Origin: Abditibacterium sp.
GTDB taxonomy: Bacteria > Armatimonadota > Abditibacteriia > Abditibacteriales > Abditibacteriaceae
Reading direction: 5' to 3'
Assembly (NCBI GenBank): GCA_965246885.1
Contig: OZ251992.1
Coordinates: 2,944,001-3,008,000, forward strand
Length of the DNA: 64,000 nt
Shown one piece after another: positions 16,473 to 25,672 of the stretch. The translations under genes and the position numbers were made by a program. The first letter of the stretch is position 1. Every line of letters begins with the position of its first letter. Below the pieces are notes generated by a model, which saw only the letters and a program-made list of their open reading frames with translations, was not told where the DNA came from and did no database searches.

Positions 16473-16640
16473 CGTTCACCGGGTCAGGCCAGCCGTTCAC
16501 CGGGCCGCGCGAATCATCCGCCGGGCCGCGCCACTGGAAGAATCGTACGCGCCACCGGAAGAATTAGCTGCGCCGATGCTGCGCCGGGGCGCGTCAGTCT
16601 TCCACCGGCATAGCGGACGCGGAGAATTAGGCCGGGAACC
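16473..16640. repeat. Degenerate 21-bp-period tandem array E
   Basis: cgttcaccggg at 16473 and 16494, catccgccggg at 16515, ggaagaat at 16536 and 16557, related units to 16620. Confidence 0.65.
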
Positions 16641-16723
16641 CGTCCAAACTTCTGGCAAATACTCCAAGGCGTCGCGTTGCGCGAAACCCCAAGCCCCGCC
16701 CATTCTTCTGGAAAATCGCTCCG

Positions 16724-17830
16724 ATGAACCGCTTCTCCTTTGTCATTCACCCGATGGAACTGCGCCGCGACGCCGCGCGCAAGTATCCGGTCTTGGGCCA
16801 TTTGCCCGAAGCCGCCATCGAACAAATTACGCTCCGCTTGTCGCCCAAGTGGATTAGCGAGATCACTGGCATCGAATCCAAGACCGGCGCCACGACTTCG
16901 GGCTATTTCATCGGCTGCCCGTTCTCCTCTCATCAATTGCTTTCGCTTCCGCCGGAAAGGGTCTATCAAAAGCTGGTCGAGTGCGGGCAGATGAGCGCCG
17001 AGCGTGGCGCCAAAATCATGGGGTTGGGCGCTTACACGAGTGTCGCGGGCGACGCGGGCATTTCCGTCGCCAAGCGCTTGGAAGGCACAATCAACGTGAC
17101 GAGCGGCAACTCCTACACCGTCTACACCGCTATCGAAGGCTTGCTCAAAGGCGCGGAAATGATGGAAGTCGAGCCGGGGAACGCCAGTGTCGCCATCGTC
17201 GGCGCGACCGGCTCCATTGGCGCGGTGTGCGCCAAAATCCTCGCGGCGCGCGTGGGGGAAGTCGCGCTCGTCGGGCGCGATAGGGCGAAGTTAGAGCGCT
17301 TGCAAGCCGACATCGAAGCGCGCCCCGATTGCACCGCCCGCGTGATTGTGGCGCCCGACATCCGCGCCGCCCTTCGTGAGGCCGACTTGGTGATGGCCGT
17401 GTCGTCGGCGGGCAAAGAGTTGGTGTTTCCCGACGACCTCAAAATCGGCGCCGTCGTGTGCGATGTCGCCCGCCCGCGCGACGTGTCGCGCACCGTCATC
17501 GAAAAGCGCGACGATGTCCTCGTCATCGAAGGCGGCGTCATTGACGTGCCGGGCCGGGATGTGCGCTTCAACTGGGCCTTTGGCTTTCCCGAAGGCACCG
17601 CGTTCGCGTGCATGAGCGAAACCATCATCCTCTCGCTCGAAGGCACCAACCAAAGCTACACCTTGGGCCGCGATTTGACGGTCGAGCAGGTGATGCACAT
17701 GGGCGAACTGGCCCGCAAGCACGGCTTCGCGCTGTCCGGCTTCCGCTCCTTTGAAAAGGCGCTCTCCGACGCTGACATCGCGCAAGTCCGCCGCAACGCC
17801 GCGCAAAAAAACCGCCCCGTCACCGCGTAA
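16724..17830 (+). CDS. Acyl-ACP reductase-like / COG5322-type NAD(P)-dependent reductase
   Basis: GLGAYTS, TSGNSYT, VGATGSIG, CDVARPRD, FACMSE, LARKHGF. Confidence 0.8.
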   Translation: MNRFSFVIHPMELRRDAARKYPVLGHLPEAAIEQITLRLSPKWISEITGIESKTGATTSGYFIGCPFSSHQLLSLPPERVYQKLVECGQMSAERGAKIMGLGAYTSVAGDAGISVAKRLEGTINVTSGNSYTVYTAIEGLLKGAEMMEVEPGNASVAIVGATGSIGAVCAKILAARVGEVALVGRDRAKLERLQADIEARPDCTARVIVAPDIRAALREADLVMAVSSAGKELVFPDDLKIGAVVCDVARPRDVSRTVIEKRDDVLVIEGGVIDVPGRDVRFNWAFGFPEGTAFACMSETIILSLEGTNQSYTLGRDLTVEQVMHMGELARKHGFALSGFRSFEKALSDADIAQVRRNAAQKNRPVTA

Positions 17831-17851
17831 ATTGGGGCATAGGTCTCATCC

Positions 17852-18478
17852 ATGACAGCACCCAACTTCCATGTAGCCCCCACCCCCAGCGCCAGCGCCG
17901 AGCAAACGCCCAACGATGGCCGCCGCCGCCACCGCATCTCCGCGCATGAATACGAGCTTCTGGCCAAGGCAGGCGCCTTCGACGATCAGCGCGTCGAATT
18001 GATAGACGGAGAGATTATCTACATGATACCCAGCGGAGAAGGCCACGCTATGAGCGTGAGTCGCACTACTAAACGGCTCAACGTTGCATTGGATGAGAGC
18101 CTGCTCACACGTCCTCAAAACCCCATCAACGCGGGAACGTTCGGTCGCCCTGAACCCGATGTGGCCGTTGTTCTCACCAAGAATCTTGTTCAAGGCCAAC
18201 CACCCTCGGAAATTGAACTTGCCATCGAAGTCTCCGATTCCACCCTCAAATACGACCAAACCGACAAAGCCTCCCTCTACGCTTCGCTCGGCGTGCCCGA
18301 CTACTGGATCGTCAACCTCGTGACGAACGTGTTAGAAGTGCGCCGCGCGCCCATTGAACTCCCCGCCGCGCGTTTTGGCTTCGATTACTCCTCCATTCAA
18401 ATCATTCCCCGCACCGGGAGTGTTTCGCCCCTCGTCGCCCCCGACGTTGTGTTGCGCGTCGAAGATTTACTGCCGTGA
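17852..18478 (+). CDS. Uma2/DUF820 family endonuclease-like protein
   Basis: RVELIDGEI, PEPDVAV, IEVSDST, DKASLYA..GVPDYWIVNL. Confidence 0.92.
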   Translation: MTAPNFHVAPTPSASAEQTPNDGRRRHRISAHEYELLAKAGAFDDQRVELIDGEIIYMIPSGEGHAMSVSRTTKRLNVALDESLLTRPQNPINAGTFGRPEPDVAVVLTKNLVQGQPPSEIELAIEVSDSTLKYDQTDKASLYASLGVPDYWIVNLVTNVLEVRRAPIELPAARFGFDYSSIQIIPRTGSVSPLVAPDVVLRVEDLLP

Positions 18479-18505
18479 ACCGGCTCCGTTAAACTACGGC
18501 CCGCG

Positions 18506-19375
18506 TCAGCTTGACGCGGGCCGCTTGGGTGCCACGACGCCGCGCGCCCATCCCGTTACGCGCACAAGGCCAATGGTCGCCCAAAACAGCGCGGGGGTTA
18601 AACGGGTGCGGTAGTGCAAGCGGTAGAACTCCTCCAACGCGCGGTGCGATTCGCGTATCATGGCCGCGCGGCGTTGCCCCGTCGAAGCGCCGCCCCAATG
18701 CCGCACCTTGGCGGCGGGTTCATACCAGACTTCCCAGCCGCTTTGCCAAAGGCGCCAGCACAAATCCACGTCGTTGAAGAAGATCGGGAAGCGCTCGTCG
18801 AACAAGGCGCCGATGGATTCGATGGCGCTCCGGCGCAGAAGGAAGCTGGACGCCATCGGTTGCTCGACGCGCCGTCTGGCGCGGTGGGTGAACCAGCCCA
18901 TTTTGTAAAACCCGAACCGTTTGGAGCGCGGAAAGGCGCGCGCCAAGCCGGTCGCTTCGCACCACAGCGCGGCGGGCGTGGGAAAGGTGCGGCAGGAGCG
19001 CTGAAAACTCCCGTCGCGCGCATCAACGAGGGCTGACGCCACGCCGCCGACTGCGGGCCGCGCTTCCAAGAAGGCAATGAGGGTTTCCGCCGCGCCCGCG
19101 AAGACTTCGGTGTCGGGGTTGAGGAGCCACACCCACTCGCCGCGCGCATGACTGAGGGCGAGGTTGTTGCCGCGCGCGAAACCGAGGTTCTCATCGGAAG
19201 CGATGAGCGTGACGGCGGGGAACTCGGCCCGCACGAGGGCGGCGGAGCCGTCACCCGATGCGCAGTCCACCACGATAATCTCGTGGTCGAGCGCGCCCAA
19301 TTGCTCGCAGAGCGAGGCAAGGCAAGCGCGGAGCAAGTCGCGCGTGTTCCAGTTGACGAGAAGGACGGACAGCAC
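18506..19375 (-). CDS. Glycosyltransferase family 2 (rhamnosyltransferase-like)
   Basis: VNWNT, NLGFARGNN, LLNPDT, FDERF..NDVDLC. Confidence 0.92.
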   Translation of the reverse strand: MLSVLLVNWNTRDLLRACLASLCEQLGALDHEIIVVDCASGDGSAALVRAEFPAVTLIASDENLGFARGNNLALSHARGEWVWLLNPDTEVFAGAAETLIAFLEARPAVGGVASALVDARDGSFQRSCRTFPTPAALWCEATGLARAFPRSKRFGFYKMGWFTHRARRRVEQPMASSFLLRRSAIESIGALFDERFPIFFNDVDLCWRLWQSGWEVWYEPAAKVRHWGGASTGQRRAAMIRESHRALEEFYRLHYRTRLTPALFWATIGLVRVTGWARGVVAPKRPASS

Positions 19376-19457
19376 GCCCGTCAGTTAAACGTTCGCGGCA
19401 GGCGAGGATGCGAAAGACGCTCTGAGAAGGGCTGAAACAGGTAGAATTGCACGGCAT

Positions 19458-20195
19458 ATGCGCTTTCCTCTTGCCACCGTTGCCGCCGCGACTCCGTTTC
19501 TGCTTGTCGCTCCGTCTGTTGCCCACGCCCAGACCGCGCCCGCCGCGCCGCCCGCGCCCGCCGCCTCGTTTCCAACCGAGCCGCCGCGCGCCAAGCGCAA
19601 GTTGCCGCTTTTGGGAGTTGACCTCGAAGTGTCGCGGATGTTGTCGGCTCGCACGCGGCGCACCTTCGGCGGCTCGACATTTAGCATCGGCCCCGGCATT
19701 GGCGACATCGCGCCCTCGTTGAAAGGGGAAATCACCCCCGACATCTCGCTCACCGAAGCCAAGCGTACCATTGCCGGGAGCCGCAACCGCTTGTTTGTCA
19801 TTGAGGCTGGCCCGCAGTTCCGCCGGGCCTATGTGCCGCCCTTTGTGTTGCGCCAAATCAAAGCCGCGCAGCGCCGCGCGATTGAAGCCGCGCAGTCGGG
19901 CACGCCCCCAACGGGCGCTCCGCCTATCGGTGCCCCAACCGGCCCGCCTCCGGGCGCGGGGTTTGGGCCGCCGCCGTTCGTGCCCTACTACGGCGCGAGC
20001 GCCGACGCCCTGTATGCGAGCGTCAAAGTGCCCTCGGCGGGGTTGAGCAAGTCCGGCTTTGGCGTGGGCGGCAGCGTGTTCGTGGGCGTCGCCATCAAGA
20101 GCCGCTTCTTCGTCGAAGCGCGCGTGCGCGCCACCACATCGGTGAAAAGCTATAACTTATCGCGCGCGGGCCTCACGGTCGGTCTGCGGTTTTAA
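19458..20195 (+). CDS. Exported protein, probable small outer-membrane beta-barrel
   Basis: Signal peptide ending AHA; alternating beta-strand pattern; C-terminal LTVGLRF. Confidence 0.6.
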   Translation: MRFPLATVAAATPFLLVAPSVAHAQTAPAAPPAPAASFPTEPPRAKRKLPLLGVDLEVSRMLSARTRRTFGGSTFSIGPGIGDIAPSLKGEITPDISLTEAKRTIAGSRNRLFVIEAGPQFRRAYVPPFVLRQIKAAQRRAIEAAQSGTPPTGAPPIGAPTGPPPGAGFGPPPFVPYYGASADALYASVKVPSAGLSKSGFGVGGSVFVGVAIKSRFFVEARVRATTSVKSYNLSRAGLTVGLRF

Positions 20196-20204
20196 GGGCG
20201 CGCG

Positions 20205-20519
20205 ATGGGCTTCCTTCTATTCCTCGCGGCGCTGTTCGGCGGCACGCTCGCGTTTGGCGTGTGGCTGGTGCGCTGGCAGTTCCGCCGCGCTGACGAGTTG
20301 CTCGAAGCGTGGGCCGCGCGCAACGGCTACCGCATCACGCACAAACAACCCGCCAACATCGGCGATGGCCCGATGGGAACGCGCCAAGCGAGCAAACAAG
20401 TCCGCTTCCGCATCACGGCAATAGACGTCCAAGGCACTGCGCGACGCGGCCTCGCGGTCATCGGTAACCGTGCAACGGGGACGATGGCGGACGAGGTGAT
20501 AGTGGAATGGGAGGGGTAG
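20205..20519 (+). CDS. Hypothetical membrane-anchored protein
   Basis: N-terminal TM helix; follows the previous gene by 9 nt. Confidence 0.7.
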   Translation: MGFLLFLAALFGGTLAFGVWLVRWQFRRADELLEAWAARNGYRITHKQPANIGDGPMGTRQASKQVRFRITAIDVQGTARRGLAVIGNRATGTMADEVIVEWEG

Positions 20520-20644
20520 GAGCAGCGCGAAGCTGGCGTCGGCGGCGTAGATGACAGTTTGGAGGTGTCAGTTGGCGAGTCACCGCCTTTTGTCTCCGGC
20601 TCCGCCCCTTCCCGCCACGTGCCACCGTCCGTCGTTCCGCGCCG

Positions 20645-21574
20645 TCAGGCCAAAACTTGCCGCGCGCGCGCGAAATCCCGCTCCAGTTGGGCGCGCAATT
20701 CGTCCAAGCCGCCGAATCGTTGCTCATCGCGCAAGCGCGCCACAAACTCGACCTCGGCGCGCGCGGGCGGGGGGTCAATGGTCGCGTCCAAGACGTGAAA
20801 CTCGATTTGCCGCCGCAAGCCCCCAACAGTCGGGCGCATCCCAATGTTAAGCGCGGCACCGCGCCAAGCATCCTCGGCATCGAAGCGGACGCGCACGGCA
20901 TAGGCGCCGTTTTTCGGGACGCACTTGCGCTCTGGAACGGAGAGGTTGATGGTCGGCGCGCCGATGGTGCGCCCAATCTGGTCGCCGCTCACGACGTGCC
21001 CGCTCAGGGTATACAACCTTCCCAAAAAAGGCCGCGCCAGTTCGATTTGCCCCGCCTCGACAACGCCGCGCGCGCGTGTCGACGAAATGGGCGCGCCGCT
21101 TTCCAAGAGCTTGCTTTCCAAGGCGCGCGCTTCAAAGCCCAACTCGCGCCCCAAGCTCACCAACTGCGCGATGGTGCCCTCGCGTTCCCGTCCCAAGGCG
21201 AAGTCCGGCCCGCCCACAAACAGGCGCATCTCCGTCGTTTCAATCCAGCGCGCCATGAAATCGCGCGCTGAAGTTTGCGCCATCTCGCGGTCAAAGGGCA
21301 CGATGAACAAGTGGTCGAGCGGCGTCTGCTCCCGAAAAGCCGCGATTTTCTCATCGGGCAAAGAAAGCAGTTTCGGGCACTCATCGGGCGCGAAGAAGCA
21401 GAACGGCATGTCGTCGAAGGTGAGCGCCGCGCTTTGCAACCCGCACCGCGTCGCCTCGTCGTGCAAGGTGCGCGCGAGCAGTTGGTGCCCGCGATGCACC
21501 CCGTCGAAGGTGCCGACCGTGAGGGCGAGGCCATCGAAAAGGCGGCGGGAGGGAAGCGCGCGATGAACTTGCAT
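20645..21574 (-). CDS. ribF: Bifunctional riboflavin kinase / FAD synthetase
   Basis: GTFDGVHRGH, ISSTR, GRTIGAPTIN, NIGMRPT, RLRDEQRF. Confidence 0.96.
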   Translation of the reverse strand: MQVHRALPSRRLFDGLALTVGTFDGVHRGHQLLARTLHDEATRCGLQSAALTFDDMPFCFFAPDECPKLLSLPDEKIAAFREQTPLDHLFIVPFDREMAQTSARDFMARWIETTEMRLFVGGPDFALGREREGTIAQLVSLGRELGFEARALESKLLESGAPISSTRARGVVEAGQIELARPFLGRLYTLSGHVVSGDQIGRTIGAPTINLSVPERKCVPKNGAYAVRVRFDAEDAWRGAALNIGMRPTVGGLRRQIEFHVLDATIDPPPARAEVEFVARLRDEQRFGGLDELRAQLERDFARARQVLA

Positions 21575-21592
21575 GGAGAGAAGTGTGGCGCC

Positions 21593-22480
21593 TCACGCGC
21601 GCAAATCAAACACCTTATCCGCCTTCCAAGCGCCGCCGCTTTCGGGGGATGCGAGGGCGAACAGAGTTTGCGCGGCGTTCTCGACCAACAGCGCGCCCAA
21701 GCTCTCTTGTGGCCCGCTCACCCGCTTCCCCTGCCAGAGGGCGAGCGCCCGGTCGTCGTCGGTGATGACTTCAGTTGCAATCCAGCCCAACGCTTCCCGG
21801 AGGGGAATGAGTGAGGGCGCGCGCTCGAACTCTTCGGGCGCGACGGCGTTCTCTATCCCGAAGAACCCTGACCGCGTGCGGAGCAGGAAAGTCATGGTCG
21901 CCGCATTGTCGAGCGCGCGTCCGATGTCGCGCACGAGCGAGCGGATATAGGTGCCACCGGAACACTCGATGTCGAGCAGGACGCGCGGTGGCTCGGTCTG
22001 CCAGCGCGCGAGGTGCAGGTGCGAGACGGTGACCTGCCGCGTCGGAATTTCTATTTCTTTCCCCGCGCGCGCGATGTCATACAGCTTCTGCCCGCCGACT
22101 TTGATGGCGGAATGCAGGGGCGGCGTTTGGGTGATTGTACCGCGAAAGGCGTCCAAAGCGGCGCGCACCGTTTCCAGTTCGAGATTGGATGAGTCCGCTT
22201 CGCGGGTCAGAGCGCCCAAGAGGTCGCCCGAATCGGTTTCGCGGCCAAAGGTCGCTTCCGCGAGGTAGCGCTTGGTGCCCGCTTGCAAGTCCTCGACTAA
22301 GCGGGTGGCGCTTCCCACGCAAATGGGCAACACCCCGGCGGCGGCGGGGTCAAGCGTTCCGGTGTGTCCCACGCGCTTCTCGCCCAACACGCGCCGCACA
22401 AACGCAACGGCATCGTGCGAAGTCATGCCGGGGGGCTTGAGGAAGTTCAAGACGCCGTGCTTTGGGAGGGCGGGATTCAT
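21593..22480 (-). CDS. truB: tRNA pseudouridine(55) synthase
   Basis: KPPGMTSHD, GHTGTLDP, CSGGTYIRSL. Confidence 0.97.
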   Translation of the reverse strand: MNPALPKHGVLNFLKPPGMTSHDAVAFVRRVLGEKRVGHTGTLDPAAAGVLPICVGSATRLVEDLQAGTKRYLAEATFGRETDSGDLLGALTREADSSNLELETVRAALDAFRGTITQTPPLHSAIKVGGQKLYDIARAGKEIEIPTRQVTVSHLHLARWQTEPPRVLLDIECSGGTYIRSLVRDIGRALDNAATMTFLLRTRSGFFGIENAVAPEEFERAPSLIPLREALGWIATEVITDDDRALALWQGKRVSGPQESLGALLVENAAQTLFALASPESGGAWKADKVFDLRA

Positions 22481-22513
22481 GGCGGGGGCAACACAGGACG
22501 GCGCTCCGCCCGC

Positions 22514-23512
22514 TCAGTTCTCCACCGGCGGATGTTTTTCGTCTATCCAACTGTTGGCGCGCTTGATGATTTTCTCGACGATTTTGTCGAAGTCGCCGCT
22601 TTGTCTGCAACCCGCCGCCGCCGCGTGGCCGCCGCCGCCGAACTCGGCGCAGAAGAGGTCGGCGCGCAGGGCTTCCTCCGAGCGGACGGAAATGCGGGCG
22701 TGCGGGCCGTTGTCGTCGCGGCGTTCGCGTAGGCAAATCGCCATGCGCGCGCCGCGCACGTTGCGCAGGAAGTTGACGATGTTCTCGGTGGACTCGTCTC
22801 CCGTAGCGATGCTTTGGAAGTCGCGCGAAGCGATGGCGGTGTAAATCAGTTCGCCGTCGTGCTCGGACTGGGATTTTTGCATCGCCACGCCAAGCAGCTT
22901 GTTCGAGGAAAAGGAGCGTTCGTCGAACTGCTTGAAAGCGACGAGCGCGTTATCGGCGCCAAGCTCGATGAGGTGCGCGGCGGCACGCAAACAGTCGGGG
23001 GTGGTGTTGGGAAAACGGAAATGACCCGTATCGCACGACAGGCCGGTCAGCAAGCCCGTTGCCATGTCGGAAGTGATTGGGAACTCAAGCGCGACGAGCA
23101 GTTCGTAGATCATCTGGGCGGTGGCGGGCTTGGTCGGGTCAATCCAGTTGATATCGAAGGTCGGGAGGCTGGAGCGGTGGTGGTCGATGAGGATGCGCTG
23201 CCGCGCGTCTTCGATGGGTTCCATGCGCGAGGCGACGCGCGAGGGGGTGCCGTCGCAGTCGAGGACGAACGCGCACTCGAAGGGTTGGCCGATGGGAACA
23301 TCGAGTTCGACGCGGTCGCTCCCGCGCAGAAAGCGGGAGGAGTGCGGCACGCCGTCGCGCGACACGTAGACAGCGCGTTTGCCCGCGTTGTAAAGGGCCA
23401 TTTGCAAGGCGATAGCTGGCCCGACGGCGTCGCCGTCTGGCCCGACGTGGGTGGTGATGTAGAAGGTTTGGTAGCGCGCGATGGCGGCGCGGATGGCGTC
23501 AAAGGGTGGCAT
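22514..23512 (-). CDS. nrnA: DHH family oligoribonuclease / pAp phosphatase
   Basis: HVGPDGDA, IDHH, DTGHF, GGGGHAAAAG; in the rbfA-truB context. Confidence 0.9.
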   Translation of the reverse strand: MPPFDAIRAAIARYQTFYITTHVGPDGDAVGPAIALQMALYNAGKRAVYVSRDGVPHSSRFLRGSDRVELDVPIGQPFECAFVLDCDGTPSRVASRMEPIEDARQRILIDHHRSSLPTFDINWIDPTKPATAQMIYELLVALEFPITSDMATGLLTGLSCDTGHFRFPNTTPDCLRAAAHLIELGADNALVAFKQFDERSFSSNKLLGVAMQKSQSEHDGELIYTAIASRDFQSIATGDESTENIVNFLRNVRGARMAICLRERRDDNGPHARISVRSEEALRADLFCAEFGGGGHAAAAGCRQSGDFDKIVEKIIKRANSWIDEKHPPVEN

Positions 23513-23545
23513 TGTTGAAAGTCGGCAGGCGGCGAGGGCGGGCGT

Positions 23546-23905
23546 TTACTTGTCCTTTTGCAATTCCGGCAGGGACGCGAAGATTTCCTCCATGCGCATC
23601 TGGTTTTCGACGCCCTTGTCGAACTTAAAGCCGACATCCGGGACGGTGCGGAGCGGGACTTCGGCGCCGATTTTCGAGCGCAGAAACGGCGCGGCGCGGT
23701 CGAAACCCAGTTGCGCGGCGGTGCGCTCGTCGGCACCGCCGAGAACTGTATAGAAGACGCGCGCGAAGGAGAGGTCGTGGGTGACTTCGACGCGGGTGAC
23801 GGTGACATCTTGCAGCGAGGGGTCGGAGATTTCCTCGCGGAGCGCGCGCGCAACGGCCATGCGGATGGCTTCGGCGGCGCGGTCGGAACGAAAAGTGGTG
23901 GACAT
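23546..23905 (-). CDS. rbfA: Ribosome-binding factor A
   Basis: VTVTRVEVTHDLSFARVFY, LRTVPDVGFKFD; start at ATG 23905. Confidence 0.93.
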   Translation of the reverse strand: MSTTFRSDRAAEAIRMAVARALREEISDPSLQDVTVTRVEVTHDLSFARVFYTVLGGADERTAAQLGFDRAAPFLRSKIGAEVPLRTVPDVGFKFDKGVENQMRMEEIFASLPELQKDK

Positions 23906-23992
23906 CGGGATACAGGGGAGGGCGGACACGCCCCCAAAACGGCGGCGGCCCGTCTCCCGCAAACTGTGTCCTTTAAGATTAACCCGTTTCCG

Positions 23993-24424
23993 ATGAACCC
24001 TTCCTTTTCCCGCCGCACATTCCTTGAAGGCGCCGCCGCAACCGTCGGCGCCGTCCTCGTCGGGGGCTGCGCGTCCGGCCCCGCCGCGCAACTATCGGCC
24101 AAAGCGCAAGGCGCCGGTTTTTTGATTAGCGGCGCGACGCTGCCCAAACCCGGCGAAGCCGTCCCGTTCGCTTTCCCTGACACGCGCCAAGGGTTATTGT
24201 ATTGCTCGAAAGACGGCGCGGCGGGCGCGGTATCGGCCGTGTGCACGCACCAAGGCTGTATCGTGAACTGGACGGACGGCGACCCGCAAGCGGCCTTCGC
24301 CTGCCCCTGCCATCAATCGAAGTTCGACCTGAGCGGCAAGGTGCTTGGTGGCCCCGCCAAAGCGCCGCTCGCGCACTTCGCGGCGACGCAAAATGGAGGA
24401 GATGTGACGCTCCGACCGGCCTAA
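23993..24424 (+). CDS. Tat-exported Rieske [2Fe-2S] (lipo)protein
   Basis: SRRTFL Tat motif, LVGGC lipobox, CTHQGC and CPCHQS. Confidence 0.9.
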   Translation: MNPSFSRRTFLEGAAATVGAVLVGGCASGPAAQLSAKAQGAGFLISGATLPKPGEAVPFAFPDTRQGLLYCSKDGAAGAVSAVCTHQGCIVNWTDGDPQAAFACPCHQSKFDLSGKVLGGPAKAPLAHFAATQNGGDVTLRPA

Positions 24425-24568
24425 GGCGCGCGATTAGTGCGGGAGCGCACATTACAGCGTTTCGCAAGCGGCCTTTATCGAGTTGCAAACTTTACCTTTC
24501 TGGGTCGGAACGGGGGTGGGATTTACCTTATCCTGTTTGGTGGGTTGCGAGCTTGCTTCCCGGTATTT

Positions 24569-25609
24569 ATGCGCTGGACTCGAAACACCATCCTCGAAGA
24601 GATTCGCGCCCTCCACGCGCGCGGCGAAGAACTCAACTACGACAGCATAGGTCAAAACCACCCTGCTCTAATGCGCGCCGCGTCGTGGCACTTCGGGACG
24701 TGGCAACGCGCCGTCGAAACGACGGGCATTGACTACGGCGAAGTCTCGAAATACATCCGGTGGACGCGAGAAATGGTGATCTTGGGCATCCGCGAAGCGC
24801 ACGCGGCGGGCGATGACCTTAGTTGGAGCAGCATTTCCAAGAACTCCGGGCGCCCCGCGCTCGCGGCGGCGGCAGTGCGCTCCAATATGGGGTTCGGCAC
24901 GTGGCACACCGCCGTTACCGAGGCGGGGTTGAACTACGAGGAAGTCGCGCGCTACCGCCACTGGACACCGGAACGGGTCGTCGCGGAGATACAGGAGTTG
25001 GCGCGCAAAAAGGCGCCGCTCTCGTCCAAACTGGTGCAGAACAACTATCCGCCGCTTTACAACGCCGCCAAGCGGCGCTTTAAGCAGTGGGACGCCGCGC
25101 TGGAAGCGGCGGGCATAGACCCCGACAAGGTGCGCGTGCGCCGCCAAGCGCCCGACTTGCTCAAAAACCGCCGCCGCCGCAACGAAGAGGGCGAGATGAC
25201 CTTTGCCCACTTAGAGCGCCCCGACAAGCCCAAGCGCCGCTCGCCGCTCAAAAGCGCTTTTCCCGTTCCGGCCAAGCCTAAGAAAGAAGTGACTGCCCCT
25301 CCCAAAGTGCCGCAACGCCCCCTCCGCCGCCGTAACAAGGACACGGGAGATATTAAAATGGCGCCCCGCGCGCGGGAAATCTTCGACATTTTGACCGAGC
25401 AGCAACAAGTCCGCGAGCGCCTGCTCCAAGAAGCCGCGCACAAAGCGGGCCGCAAGCCGCGCAAAGGTGGCTACCGCGCCGAACTACATGGAGCCGCCGC
25501 CAAAGCCACCCGCAAAGCGGCGCAATTGGAACTGGAGCTTGCGCCCGCGTCGGGCACTGTGGATGCCCTAATCAAAGAACGGAAGAAGCGCCGCCGCAAG
25601 GACGATTAA
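24569..25609 (+). CDS. Protein with three homing-endonuclease-associated-type helical repeats and a K/R-rich tail
   Basis: Three ~62-aa repeats WT.....I...P.L..AA...F..W..A....G. Confidence 0.75.
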   Translation: MRWTRNTILEEIRALHARGEELNYDSIGQNHPALMRAASWHFGTWQRAVETTGIDYGEVSKYIRWTREMVILGIREAHAAGDDLSWSSISKNSGRPALAAAAVRSNMGFGTWHTAVTEAGLNYEEVARYRHWTPERVVAEIQELARKKAPLSSKLVQNNYPPLYNAAKRRFKQWDAALEAAGIDPDKVRVRRQAPDLLKNRRRRNEEGEMTFAHLERPDKPKRRSPLKSAFPVPAKPKKEVTAPPKVPQRPLRRRNKDTGDIKMAPRAREIFDILTEQQQVRERLLQEAAHKAGRKPRKGGYRAELHGAAAKATRKAAQLELELAPASGTVDALIKERKKRRRKDD

Positions 25610-25672
25610 CAGGAAAAGACCATTCCCGAAACCGTCATCCAAGCGGCCCCGCTTCCGCCCTACACTTCCGGT

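Noticed and set aside
20525..20600. Possible sixth short-period repeat between convergent genes
   Set aside because: Only two loosely similar units about 28 bp apart; periodicity not convincing by eye
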